Shown here in pieces: positions 1-7,898 of a DNA stretch of 64,000 nt; position 1 is the stretch's first letter, and each line of letters begins with the position of its first letter. The stretch comes from Candidatus Obscuribacteraceae bacterium (lineage in GTDB: Bacteria > Cyanobacteriota > Vampirovibrionia > Obscuribacterales > Obscuribacteraceae), in assembly GCA_044226015.1 (NCBI GenBank), contig JBGAHS010000009.1:1-64000 (forward strand). Direction: 5' to 3'. Position numbers and translations under genes: made by a program. The notes beneath the pieces are model-generated. The model did no database searches. It saw only the letters and a list, made by a program, of their open reading frames with translations, and was not told the DNA's origin.

Positions 1-825
1 GGGTTTGGTCAGCGGAACTCGTCGACGAATTACTACTATGCATTCGATCATCTCGGTTCAGTGCGCGAAGTCACCAATGACGGTGGCACAGTTCAAGGTG
101 CCTTTGGATTTGATCCCTACGGCAACATGACGGTTTTGTCAGGCACATTCAAGCCAGACTTCGGCTTCACGGGCATCTATCAGCACTCGCGCACGAATCT
201 TGCTTTGACCTGGTTCCGCCAATACAACCCAACGTTAGGCAGGTGGCTGAGCCGCGATCCACTGGGCGAAGATGCAGGTCTGAACTTGTACGGCTACGCA
301 GGGAATAACCCGATCAGTTCCCTTGATCCACTGGGGCTAGACGCTGGATATCCCTGGATGTTCGATCCGACAAAACACTCCGCACCAAATACTAACGGAC
401 CATGGCGTCTGCAAGACGTATCATTCGTAAACCCTCTAGCTGACTGGACCAACGCTCCAAAAGAGGTGACCGCAATCGGCGCACACGGAAGCCCCGGAAG
501 CCTCGAGCATGTTCGCGAATCTGATTTGGAGCGCATATTCAATGATCACAAAGGTCATCCTTTTGCTTTAAATGTCTGCCATTCTGCAGAAGACTTAGGT
601 CCAAATTATATTGAGCCAGCCGCAAGTTATTACGCAAAGACCTACAACAGTTATGTCTTAGGATATTATGGTGAAGTCTCAACTCTTCCAAGAGATCAAA
701 AACCAACTAAAGCAGTTTTGTATGCTCCCACTGGAGCCCCGATTGCATCGTTCAATGTACCAATGACTCAGTCAGACTGGCAGAAAGTGCTTAATTTATC
801 AACTCGCATTAAACCAACACGTTAG
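1..825 (+). CDS. RHS repeat-associated core protein (5' partial) with C-terminal putative caspase/C80-fold cysteine peptidase toxin
   Basis: Frame is open from base 1 (GFGQRN...). RHS core motifs DHLGSVR, FDPYG, FTG, RQYNPTLGRWLSRDPLG and NNPISSLDPLGL. Tip has AHGSPG...LNVCHS (His-Gly and Cys dyad). Confidence 0.85.
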   Translation, partial: GFGQRNSSTNYYYAFDHLGSVREVTNDGGTVQGAFGFDPYGNMTVLSGTFKPDFGFTGIYQHSRTNLALTWFRQYNPTLGRWLSRDPLGEDAGLNLYGYAGNNPISSLDPLGLDAGYPWMFDPTKHSAPNTNGPWRLQDVSFVNPLADWTNAPKEVTAIGAHGSPGSLEHVRESDLERIFNDHKGHPFALNVCHSAEDLGPNYIEPAASYYAKTYNSYVLGYYGEVSTLPRDQKPTKAVLYAPTGAPIASFNVPMTQSDWQKVLNLSTRIKPTR

Positions 826-833
826 GTCTCGCC

Positions 834-1364
834 GTGCGAAACAAACAAGTAACAAAACTAAGCATCTGGATTTTACTAGCCATACTGCCAGCCTCGCTGT
901 GGTGGTTAATTCAGGAGCAGACAGAATCAAATGTAAAAAGCATAACGCTAATAAAATATAGGCTATATTCGATTGATTGTGCCCTAAGAGCATATGCAAT
1001 CAAGCACTCTGGTTCTTATCCTCAAACACTTGATTTTGAGTTTGAAAGGACACTTCAGAGCGAAATCGCGAAACTCAAAAAGAAATTCGGAATAGCAGTC
1101 CTTGAGGTTGAACTACCGAAAACTCTCTCCGTTAGGAGCAGAGAAGAAGCAATTGCCGTCGCAAGGAATTTAGGACCGGAAGAAATCGTATACTGTCCCG
1201 TTGTAAACGATCACGGAACTGACAAGTATTTTGTTTTGGGTAAAGATAATAGAAGTGAACTAATAAAGATTCGGAGTGATATTCTGATCTTTGAAGCACC
1301 ATCTAAGCGTGTCTACCCGAGGGCGTTAAAAGGAAGCAAGCAATCGCTCAAATCATCCTTCTAG
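834..1364 (+). CDS. Putative immunity protein, N-terminal membrane anchor
   Basis: Starts 8 nt after the toxin stop, AT-rich, hydrophobic LSIWILLAILPASLWWLI. Role inferred from position. Confidence 0.6.
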   Translation: MRNKQVTKLSIWILLAILPASLWWLIQEQTESNVKSITLIKYRLYSIDCALRAYAIKHSGSYPQTLDFEFERTLQSEIAKLKKKFGIAVLEVELPKTLSVRSREEAIAVARNLGPEEIVYCPVVNDHGTDKYFVLGKDNRSELIKIRSDILIFEAPSKRVYPRALKGSKQSLKSSF

Positions 1365-1544
1365 ATTCATTTCAGAAGCAGCCTAGTTATACGGTGGCAA
1401 CCTGCTTGCTCACGCGCTTGTTGAAACACCATAAATACAATGGCAAGTCCACTGCTGCGTAGTTCGTTATGCAGCATGTCGCTTCGTCACCATGTTGATG
1501 CATGTCTTGTCGCCCCTAAAAGATAATTACGTACTTCCTTTCTT

Positions 1545-2672
1545 TTGGGTTCAATCAAAAGTAAGCCTTCTTTTCGACGATATAACACCCAATTTGTGCA
1601 TGATGCTGCTGGGCGCTGCGTGCAGATTGCTGAAAACGGCAGCACACCTAGCTATAGCGGGAACGCAATAAAGAACTTTATCTGGTGCGGTTCAGAGCGC
1701 TGCGAACAACGCGACAACGGCAATGCAGTCGTCAGTCAGTACAGCGGGTTTGGTCAGCGGAACTCGTCGACGAATTACTACTATGCATTCGATCATCTCG
1801 GTTCAGTGCGCGAAGTCACCGGGTTTGGTCAGCGGAACTCGTCGACGAATTACTACTATGCATTCGATCATCTCGGTTCAGTGCGCGAAGTCACCAATGA
1901 CGGTGGCACAGTTCAAGGTGCCTTTGGATTTGATCCCTACGGCAACATGACGGTTTTGTCCGGCAGCTTCAAGCCTGACTTTGGCTTCACCGGCATCTAT
2001 CAACACTCACGCACGAATCTTGCTTTGACCTGGTTCCGCCAATACAACCCAGCGCTAGGCAAGTGGCTGAGCCGAGATCCGCTGGGCGAGAATGCTGGTC
2101 TTTCTTTGTATACCTACACTGAGAACAACCCGATTAGTTTTGTTGATCCGCTTGGGCTAGATCCGAACACATACAGTCGAACCTTGGGTGGGAAAGAAGG
2201 AGTCTTCAAGAGTCCAGCGGCACCATACGACGCTTACCGGAATAATCCAACCGGATATTACCTAATAGGCAACAAAAATACCGACAAAAGATACGTTGGA
2301 AGTACGAGAGAGCAGGGATTTGAGCGGATGGGACAAAGCATGGACGCGAAGAGCACTGAAAAGATTCCTAACGGACTTGGTCCACGAGAAGATCAATACG
2401 GCTTGTACAAATCTTGTCCCAACAGCGATCCACGTGTTCAAGAAACAAAACTGGTAAAGAAATTGGGAGGTCCTAGTGGCAGAGCTGGAACACCACTTAA
2501 TCCCAAGCTCCCGCTAAATAAAGATTGGCCGCTTCAGCAGAAGAGATGGAGCTCATTTCCAGGACTAAAAGGAATCATGAGCTTTCCAGGACCAGTGACA
2601 ACCGATTGGATGCAATACTATAGTGAGAATGGATTCTTTCCTAATGAGGCAAAGTACCACGGCGAGATATAA
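1545..2672 (+). CDS. Orphan RHS core cassette with C-terminal GIY-YIG nuclease toxin (alternative GTG start 1596)
   Basis: RHS core plus NNPISFVDPLGL. Tip has GYYLIGN...YVGST, R, VQETKLV and PLNK in GIY-YIG order. Confidence 0.85.
   Translation: MGSIKSKPSFRRYNTQFVHDAAGRCVQIAENGSTPSYSGNAIKNFIWCGSERCEQRDNGNAVVSQYSGFGQRNSSTNYYYAFDHLGSVREVTGFGQRNSSTNYYYAFDHLGSVREVTNDGGTVQGAFGFDPYGNMTVLSGSFKPDFGFTGIYQHSRTNLALTWFRQYNPALGKWLSRDPLGENAGLSLYTYTENNPISFVDPLGLDPNTYSRTLGGKEGVFKSPAAPYDAYRNNPTGYYLIGNKNTDKRYVGSTREQGFERMGQSMDAKSTEKIPNGLGPREDQYGLYKSCPNSDPRVQETKLVKKLGGPSGRAGTPLNPKLPLNKDWPLQQKRWSSFPGLKGIMSFPGPVTTDWMQYYSENGFFPNEAKYHGEI
1746..1895 (+). repeat. Exact 75-bp in-frame tandem duplication inside the RHS core
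   Basis: 1746-1820 is identical to 1821-1895 (GFGQRNSSTNYYYAFDHLGSVREVT twice). Confidence 0.95.
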
Positions 2673-2699
2673 GGAAACTGCTCAAGCAAGGAGCAAAAC

Positions 2700-3044
2700 A
2701 TGAGACCGAATCCGGCAACGCGTTGGCGGCAGTTTATTGGCAAAGTGAAAGCCTACACAGAAGAATCTGTTTCAGAAGTTGAATTTCTTTTGGACAAGTA
2801 TCAGAACGACTTAGTCGTTAGGAAAGACCATACTTCGACTGAGTCGATACTCAAAGTAGTGGTTCGTGAGCTTAACAAGCTTGATGGCACCGATGAGCGG
2901 GGCAAGCAATATGGTCGTTTTCCAGGTTTGATCGATTCTATTGAAAGAGAGGATCTCATAAGTTTTATCATGGATTGCGCTTTAGATGCTGGCATGTCAT
3001 TCGATGATTCACAGCACTTGATTGATGAATCTCGTGAATGGTGA
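2700..3044 (+). CDS. Putative immunity protein for the GIY-YIG toxin
   Basis: AAGGAG RBS, 114 aa, acidic and helical, ends EREDL...DESREW, directly downstream of the toxin. Confidence 0.7.
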   Translation: MRPNPATRWRQFIGKVKAYTEESVSEVEFLLDKYQNDLVVRKDHTSTESILKVVVRELNKLDGTDERGKQYGRFPGLIDSIEREDLISFIMDCALDAGMSFDDSQHLIDESREW

Positions 3045-3087
3045 ACTTTCGAAGCAAAGACAAATTTAAGAAAAAAACACCCAATTT

Positions 3088-4215
3088 GTGCATGATGCTG
3101 CTGGGCGCTGCGTCCAGATTGCTGAAAACGGCAATGCTGAAGATAGGCTCATTCAAAAGATTTATTCCTATCCAGGAACAGGCAATAACACGCAGTTTTC
3201 GTATGATCAGATGGACAGGTGCGTTCAGATTCAGGAAAACGGCAGCACGCCAGGCTATAGCGGGAGCGCGATAAAGAATTTTATCTGGTGCGGTTCAGAG
3301 CGCTGCGAACAACGCGACAACAGCAATGCAGTCGTCAGTCAGTACAGCGGGCTTGGTCAGCGCAACTCGACGACGAATTACTTCTATGCATTCGATCATC
3401 TAGGCTCAGTGCGCGAAGTCACCAATGATGGTGGCACAGTTCAAGGCGCCTTTGGATTTGATCCCTACGGCAACATGACCGTTTTGTCCGGTAGCTTCAC
3501 GCCTGACTTTGGCTTCACCGGCATCTATCAACACTCACGCACGAACCTCGATTTGACCTGGTTCCGCCAATACAACCCAGCTCTAGGCCGGTGGCTGAGC
3601 CGCGATCCACTGGGCGAGAATGCAGGTTTGAACTTGTACGGCTACGCAGGGAATAATCCAAGCGGCGGAATTGATCCACTCGGATTGGGGACAATCACTG
3701 AGTATACAAACCCAGGATTCAACCCCTATCACGCTTACGCTAACTATTACGCACAAAATACGGCGAAGTGGTGGATTACGCGCCATGATGAGGAAAGCTT
3801 GACACTTGGATTCTACATGGGAATGGGAGTCCTTGGCGGCCAACTAGCAGTTGGAGGCGCCATCGCAGGCGGAGGCAATTATGTTTATCGCGGACTTGCA
3901 GAAGGTGAAGAAATCGGTGGCGGATTAAGTGCACGTTGTCCCAATGCCGGAAATTCTCCGATGAGCCATGTTGCAGGAAAGAAAGACTCGCAGTGGATCT
4001 CTACAACAAAGAGCAAGGACATTGCCATAAATCGATTTGGAAAGCACGGTGTAGTCCAGATTGATCTTAGTAAGGTTAGTTCGGAGATCATTGATATTTC
4101 AAACGGTCAACCGTTCGGTCAAAATGCTAGAATGCTTAACAGTTGGGCAAAAAATGCCCAAGAGGTGTTGATACAGAATTCCGTACCGAGCGATGCTTTG
4201 TTGAGGCTGAAGTAA
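3088..4215 (+). CDS. Orphan RHS core cassette with C-terminal R-S-E type ADP-ribosyltransferase toxin
   Basis: RHS core plus IDPLGL, a Gly-rich hydrophobic linker, then YVYRG (R), WISTT (S) and QEVLI (E). Confidence 0.85.
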   Translation: MHDAAGRCVQIAENGNAEDRLIQKIYSYPGTGNNTQFSYDQMDRCVQIQENGSTPGYSGSAIKNFIWCGSERCEQRDNSNAVVSQYSGLGQRNSTTNYFYAFDHLGSVREVTNDGGTVQGAFGFDPYGNMTVLSGSFTPDFGFTGIYQHSRTNLDLTWFRQYNPALGRWLSRDPLGENAGLNLYGYAGNNPSGGIDPLGLGTITEYTNPGFNPYHAYANYYAQNTAKWWITRHDEESLTLGFYMGMGVLGGQLAVGGAIAGGGNYVYRGLAEGEEIGGGLSARCPNAGNSPMSHVAGKKDSQWISTTKSKDIAINRFGKHGVVQIDLSKVSSEIIDISNGQPFGQNARMLNSWAKNAQEVLIQNSVPSDALLRLK

Positions 4216-4218
4216 ATT

Positions 4219-4521
4219 ATGATCATCACTGATGCAATAACTTTTTTGGAGTTCGAATGGTCAGAAGGATTTCTCTACAGTATTCGGCAAGGTATCTTTG
4301 TAGTGGAGCAAGGCAAAGATTTTGTTTTGAAATTAAATAAAATTGCATTAGAGAACAGCGAGACTCTGAATCGTCGTTTTGTCTCGCTTCTCTGGTACAT
4401 TCCTCAATTTCTGGAGTGGCAGAAGGAAAGGTTAGAATCATCCGGCATAAACATGGATGAGTACAGACAAGTTTCAAATTCCGTGTTGAACACCGTAGAA
4501 GAAATTCTGGGTGTTCCCTGA
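4219..4521 (+). CDS. Putative immunity protein for the ART toxin
   Basis: 100 aa, AT-rich, starts 3 nt after the toxin stop; GFLYSIRQG...RRFVSLLWYIP. Confidence 0.7.
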   Translation: MIITDAITFLEFEWSEGFLYSIRQGIFVVEQGKDFVLKLNKIALENSETLNRRFVSLLWYIPQFLEWQKERLESSGINMDEYRQVSNSVLNTVEEILGVP

Positions 4522-4703
4522 GGTTGATTGAAATTTAGTGAGCTATTGACCAGCTAAATTAACCGGAGTATGAGGGCTGTGCACTTCGGAAACTGTCAAT
4601 GAAACAGCACCAGAAAGGAAGTTCAATATGCTGTTCTGGTATTTTGACTCTTTGGTTTTGCAAAAAGTTAGCCTGACTTGTTCTTGGCAATAACACCCAA
4701 TTT

Positions 4704-5681
4704 GTGCATGATGCTGCTGGGCGCTGCGTTCAGATTGCAGAAAACGGCAGCACGCCAAGCTATAGCGGGAACGCAATAAAGAACTTTATCTGGTGCGGTT
4801 CAGAGCGTTGCGAACAACGCGACTACAGCAATGCAGTCGTTAGTCAGTACAGCGGGTTTGGTCAGCGGAACTCGTCGACGAATTACTACTATGCATTCGA
4901 CCATCTCGGTTCAGTGCGAGAAGTCACCAGTGACGGTGGCACAGTTCAAGGCGCCTTTGGATTTGATCCCTACGGCAACATGACGGTTTTGGTCGGCAGC
5001 TTTAAGCCTGACTTTGGCTTCACCGGCATATATCAACACTCTCGCACCAATCTTGCATTGACCTTGTTCCGCCAATACAACCCAGCGCTAGGTAGGTGGC
5101 TGAGCCGAGATCCGTTGGGTGAAGCTGAAGGATTGAATTTGTATGGCTACGCAGGGAAAAATCCGATCTCATATGTGGATACTCTAGGGTTAGACGTTTG
5201 GACCATGTATGACCCAAGAGGAGTTGGGCACGTTGGAAATCTTGTGGGAAATCCATCCACTGGATATCTATATCTCTCAAAAACGTCAAAACCAAGTGAT
5301 TTCAGATTTTACAAAACGCTGAGGGAATTTAGGGCAGATCGCCAAGTTGATGTAAACCTTCGACGGTACAAGTCTGGAGTGTATATCCCTCGAAGTCGTA
5401 GCCAAGATGCTGCCATGGCTTTATGGGGCGCTGCCCACCTGCAAGATTATGATGTCTTGCGAAGCAATTGCGTGGACTTTTCTGTTGGTCTACTGAAAGC
5501 TGGCGATCTCCCCGATTTTGGACGAAAACCTGGTACCGGTGAGCCCGCGGTCTCCGCGCCTGTGGATTTCATCCTGGACGTAAAGGAATGGGCAGTTAGT
5601 GATGAAGGCAAACGTCTGAGGGCTCTCCCGATAGATCCAAGCACTTCTTTAGGACCAATAGAAGAAGCCGAGAATAAATAA
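4704..5681 (+). CDS. Orphan RHS core cassette with C-terminal permuted papain-fold (NlpC/P60 LRAT/PPPDE-like) toxin
   Basis: RHS core plus YVDTLGL. Tip has GHVG (His first) and later YDVLRSNCVDF (NC nucleophile). Confidence 0.8.
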   Translation: MHDAAGRCVQIAENGSTPSYSGNAIKNFIWCGSERCEQRDYSNAVVSQYSGFGQRNSSTNYYYAFDHLGSVREVTSDGGTVQGAFGFDPYGNMTVLVGSFKPDFGFTGIYQHSRTNLALTLFRQYNPALGRWLSRDPLGEAEGLNLYGYAGKNPISYVDTLGLDVWTMYDPRGVGHVGNLVGNPSTGYLYLSKTSKPSDFRFYKTLREFRADRQVDVNLRRYKSGVYIPRSRSQDAAMALWGAAHLQDYDVLRSNCVDFSVGLLKAGDLPDFGRKPGTGEPAVSAPVDFILDVKEWAVSDEGKRLRALPIDPSTSLGPIEEAENK

Positions 5682-5733
5682 CGCCACTTTCTGTTAATAT
5701 TGAATTTGCGTATAACTTTGTGGTGGCAAGAGA

Positions 5734-6141
5734 ATGCTCCTTTGCGAAGGCTATTGTTACTGGAGACCCATCGCTGGTCGGGAGCCAAATCAATATGACT
5801 TTCGAGAAATCATTGTATTCTGTTCTGATGGAAATGTCGCTGTAGAGGTGTTTGAAGCAATTGAACCGAATGTAACAAGCATAGAAGAGTTATCTGCGAA
5901 TGAGGCGGAATTGAAGAAGCAGATAACTCAAGGTGTGGCTCTCGATATCAATATTGGCCGAGGTCAGTATGCAATGGTCGGAAAGAATATTTCATTCACC
6001 GTTTGTTATGAAGATGGTTCGGTAACATATAGCGGCGAAATAACTGCTAATGGGATGACGCTTAGTTTTCTGAGTGATTTGGTAGCGCAAAAAGGACAGA
6101 GTTCCTCAGGACTTCAGTATCTTGTCGCTAGAATTCACTAG
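5734..6141 (+). CDS. Putative immunity protein
   Basis: 135-aa ORF downstream of toxin 4. Role inferred from position. Confidence 0.55.
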   Translation: MLLCEGYCYWRPIAGREPNQYDFREIIVFCSDGNVAVEVFEAIEPNVTSIEELSANEAELKKQITQGVALDINIGRGQYAMVGKNISFTVCYEDGSVTYSGEITANGMTLSFLSDLVAQKGQSSSGLQYLVARIH

Positions 6142-6250
6142 CCTTTCAAAATGTTTGCAAAAACGACTCCGGCTGGTCCGTTCTGTCACACGTCTTTGAC
6201 TAAACCGGATTCTAGCGCTTGATCGCTATTATTCAATTATACTTTGAATA

Positions 6251-6544
6251 ATAGCGGAAAACGGCAGCACACCAAGCTATAACGGGAATGCAATAAAGAA
6301 CTTTATCTGGTGCGGTGCAGAGCGCTGCGAACAACGCGACAACAGCAATGCTGTAGTCAGTCAGTACAGCGGACTTGGTCAACGGAATTCGTCGACGAAT
6401 TATTTCTATGCATTCGACCATCTCGGCTCTGTCCGCGAAGTCACCAATGACAGTGGCACAGTTCAAGGCGCGTTTGGATTTGATCCCTACGGCAACATGA
6501 CAGTTCCACGAGGCATGGTTAGAGACTCCTCTGAAAAAATCTAA
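6251..6544 (+). pseudogene. Truncated RHS core fragment (fifth cassette)
   Basis: IAENGSTPSYNGNAIKNFIWCG...DHLGSVREV...FDPYGNMTV homologous to the other cassettes. No start codon, homology ends at about 6505, stop at 6542. Confidence 0.85.
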
Positions 6545-6821
6545 TAGGGTAGCGGACTTCAATGCCTTATGTTTCACGTTTGAAATTGATGGAAAGTTTC
6601 CCTCTGAACAAGCCAATGACCTAATGTTCAGAGAGAATTTTGGAACATATTGGTATCACAAGACTCCCGTTATTTGCATAGTTTCGAGCCCAAGCCCAAA
6701 CAAGGTCGAACTCCATGTTGTGGATAGGCGAGCAAGTTCCTTCAAAATAAACGAACCACCCAGTAAGTCCGGGTTAGTACTGATGGTCGAGGCCTCAAGT
6801 CCGAACACTGAGAAAAAGTAG
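6501..6821 (+). pseudogene. 3' remnant of a probable immunity gene fused out of frame to the RHS fragment
   Basis: The frame of ORF 6624-6821 stays open back to 6501, exactly where RHS homology stops. Confidence 0.5.
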
Positions 6822-6861
6822 ATTCATCATGGAGTTCACTTTGAATATTGATTGAGTTGTC

Positions 6862-7677
6862 TCAGGCACCAGGACTGAAGTCTTCTGTTGCTTCTTGTTT
6901 GTCTAATTGTGCGCAGACGCGAAAGGCGAAAATCGCGTAGAGCACAAAGATGCCGTTGAAGAGATGTGTATCCATCGGTCCTAAATGCACATTCCCGAGT
7001 ATGCCCAGCCCCGATAAAATTATCGATGGCGTGCTGGCGACAAAAAGGATGCGAGTCGCATCAGCAAAAGAATACCTTGATTTGAATGCTCGCAATATCA
7101 ATGCAACAACCAGTGCTTTTGTAAATGTGAAAGAGAATGAGATGAGCACGACAATTGCCACAATCGGCAGTATTAGCATATTTGCGGTTGCCGTCATCTG
7201 TTTGAGGATGGCATCGCCCGTGATATCACCGTCTCTAAACATTCCTTTGTAAGGTAGCACCACCGGTTTTCCGCCTGGCACCTGAATCGTGAATTCATGC
7301 GATTGCAAAACCACTGGTGCAGCCGCTTGGTCCCTCAGAGTGTCTTTCGGGTCTACAATCACCACTACATTCGATTTGCTGCCAGGATGAATGATGCGTT
7401 CCATATTGTTTGATGCAGTGCTAATCGCGCCGTCTTTCAGCGTGAGCGTCGGCAGCGCGTGCATAATTGCATCAATGTCGGGTGCTTTGATTACAGCCAT
7501 CGCTCGTAGATAAAAGCCGCTGGCTGCAAGCACTCCGAAGCTAATGCTGATGAATAGCAGGTAGCGCAAGCCCAGCCCTGTCCAATGCTTATACACCTGT
7601 TGGTAATAGGCGCGACTGTAAAAGCTCTTCCAGAGCCCTTCGAATATATTTACTCGACCTTTTTTCGCTTCCTGCAT
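6862..7677 (-). CDS. Membrane protein, DUF1189-like
   Basis: KSFYS..YY.....W.GLG..YL start, one TM, a soluble loop (LPTLTLKDG), then about three TMs. Confidence 0.65.
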   Translation of the reverse strand: MQEAKKGRVNIFEGLWKSFYSRAYYQQVYKHWTGLGLRYLLFISISFGVLAASGFYLRAMAVIKAPDIDAIMHALPTLTLKDGAISTASNNMERIIHPGSKSNVVVIVDPKDTLRDQAAAPVVLQSHEFTIQVPGGKPVVLPYKGMFRDGDITGDAILKQMTATANMLILPIVAIVVLISFSFTFTKALVVALILRAFKSRYSFADATRILFVASTPSIILSGLGILGNVHLGPMDTHLFNGIFVLYAIFAFRVCAQLDKQEATEDFSPGA

Positions 7678-7898
7678 TTTGTCTGCTTTGCCTCTGCGAC
7701 TCGACGAAACTCCTCGCTAAACCCTTGTCAGGTGGCATCACTATAGCAAGACCTCCAGAGCACGGCAAATTTTTCTCTCAGGATATTTCATTCAGATTCA
7801 CATGAATAGCGGGCTTTAGAGCTTGTCAACCATTGAAATATCTTTTGTTTGGCGGGAAGATAGTCAGCTTGTCACCCGTTCTATATATGGAGAGCGCC

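Noticed and set aside
1..6505. Diversity-generating retroelement template/variable repeats among the RHS copies
   Set aside because: Differences are mostly synonymous and not adenine-specific, and there is no reverse transcriptase in the window.
6233..6616. 127-aa minus-strand ORF
   Set aside because: Antisense shadow of the RHS fragment.
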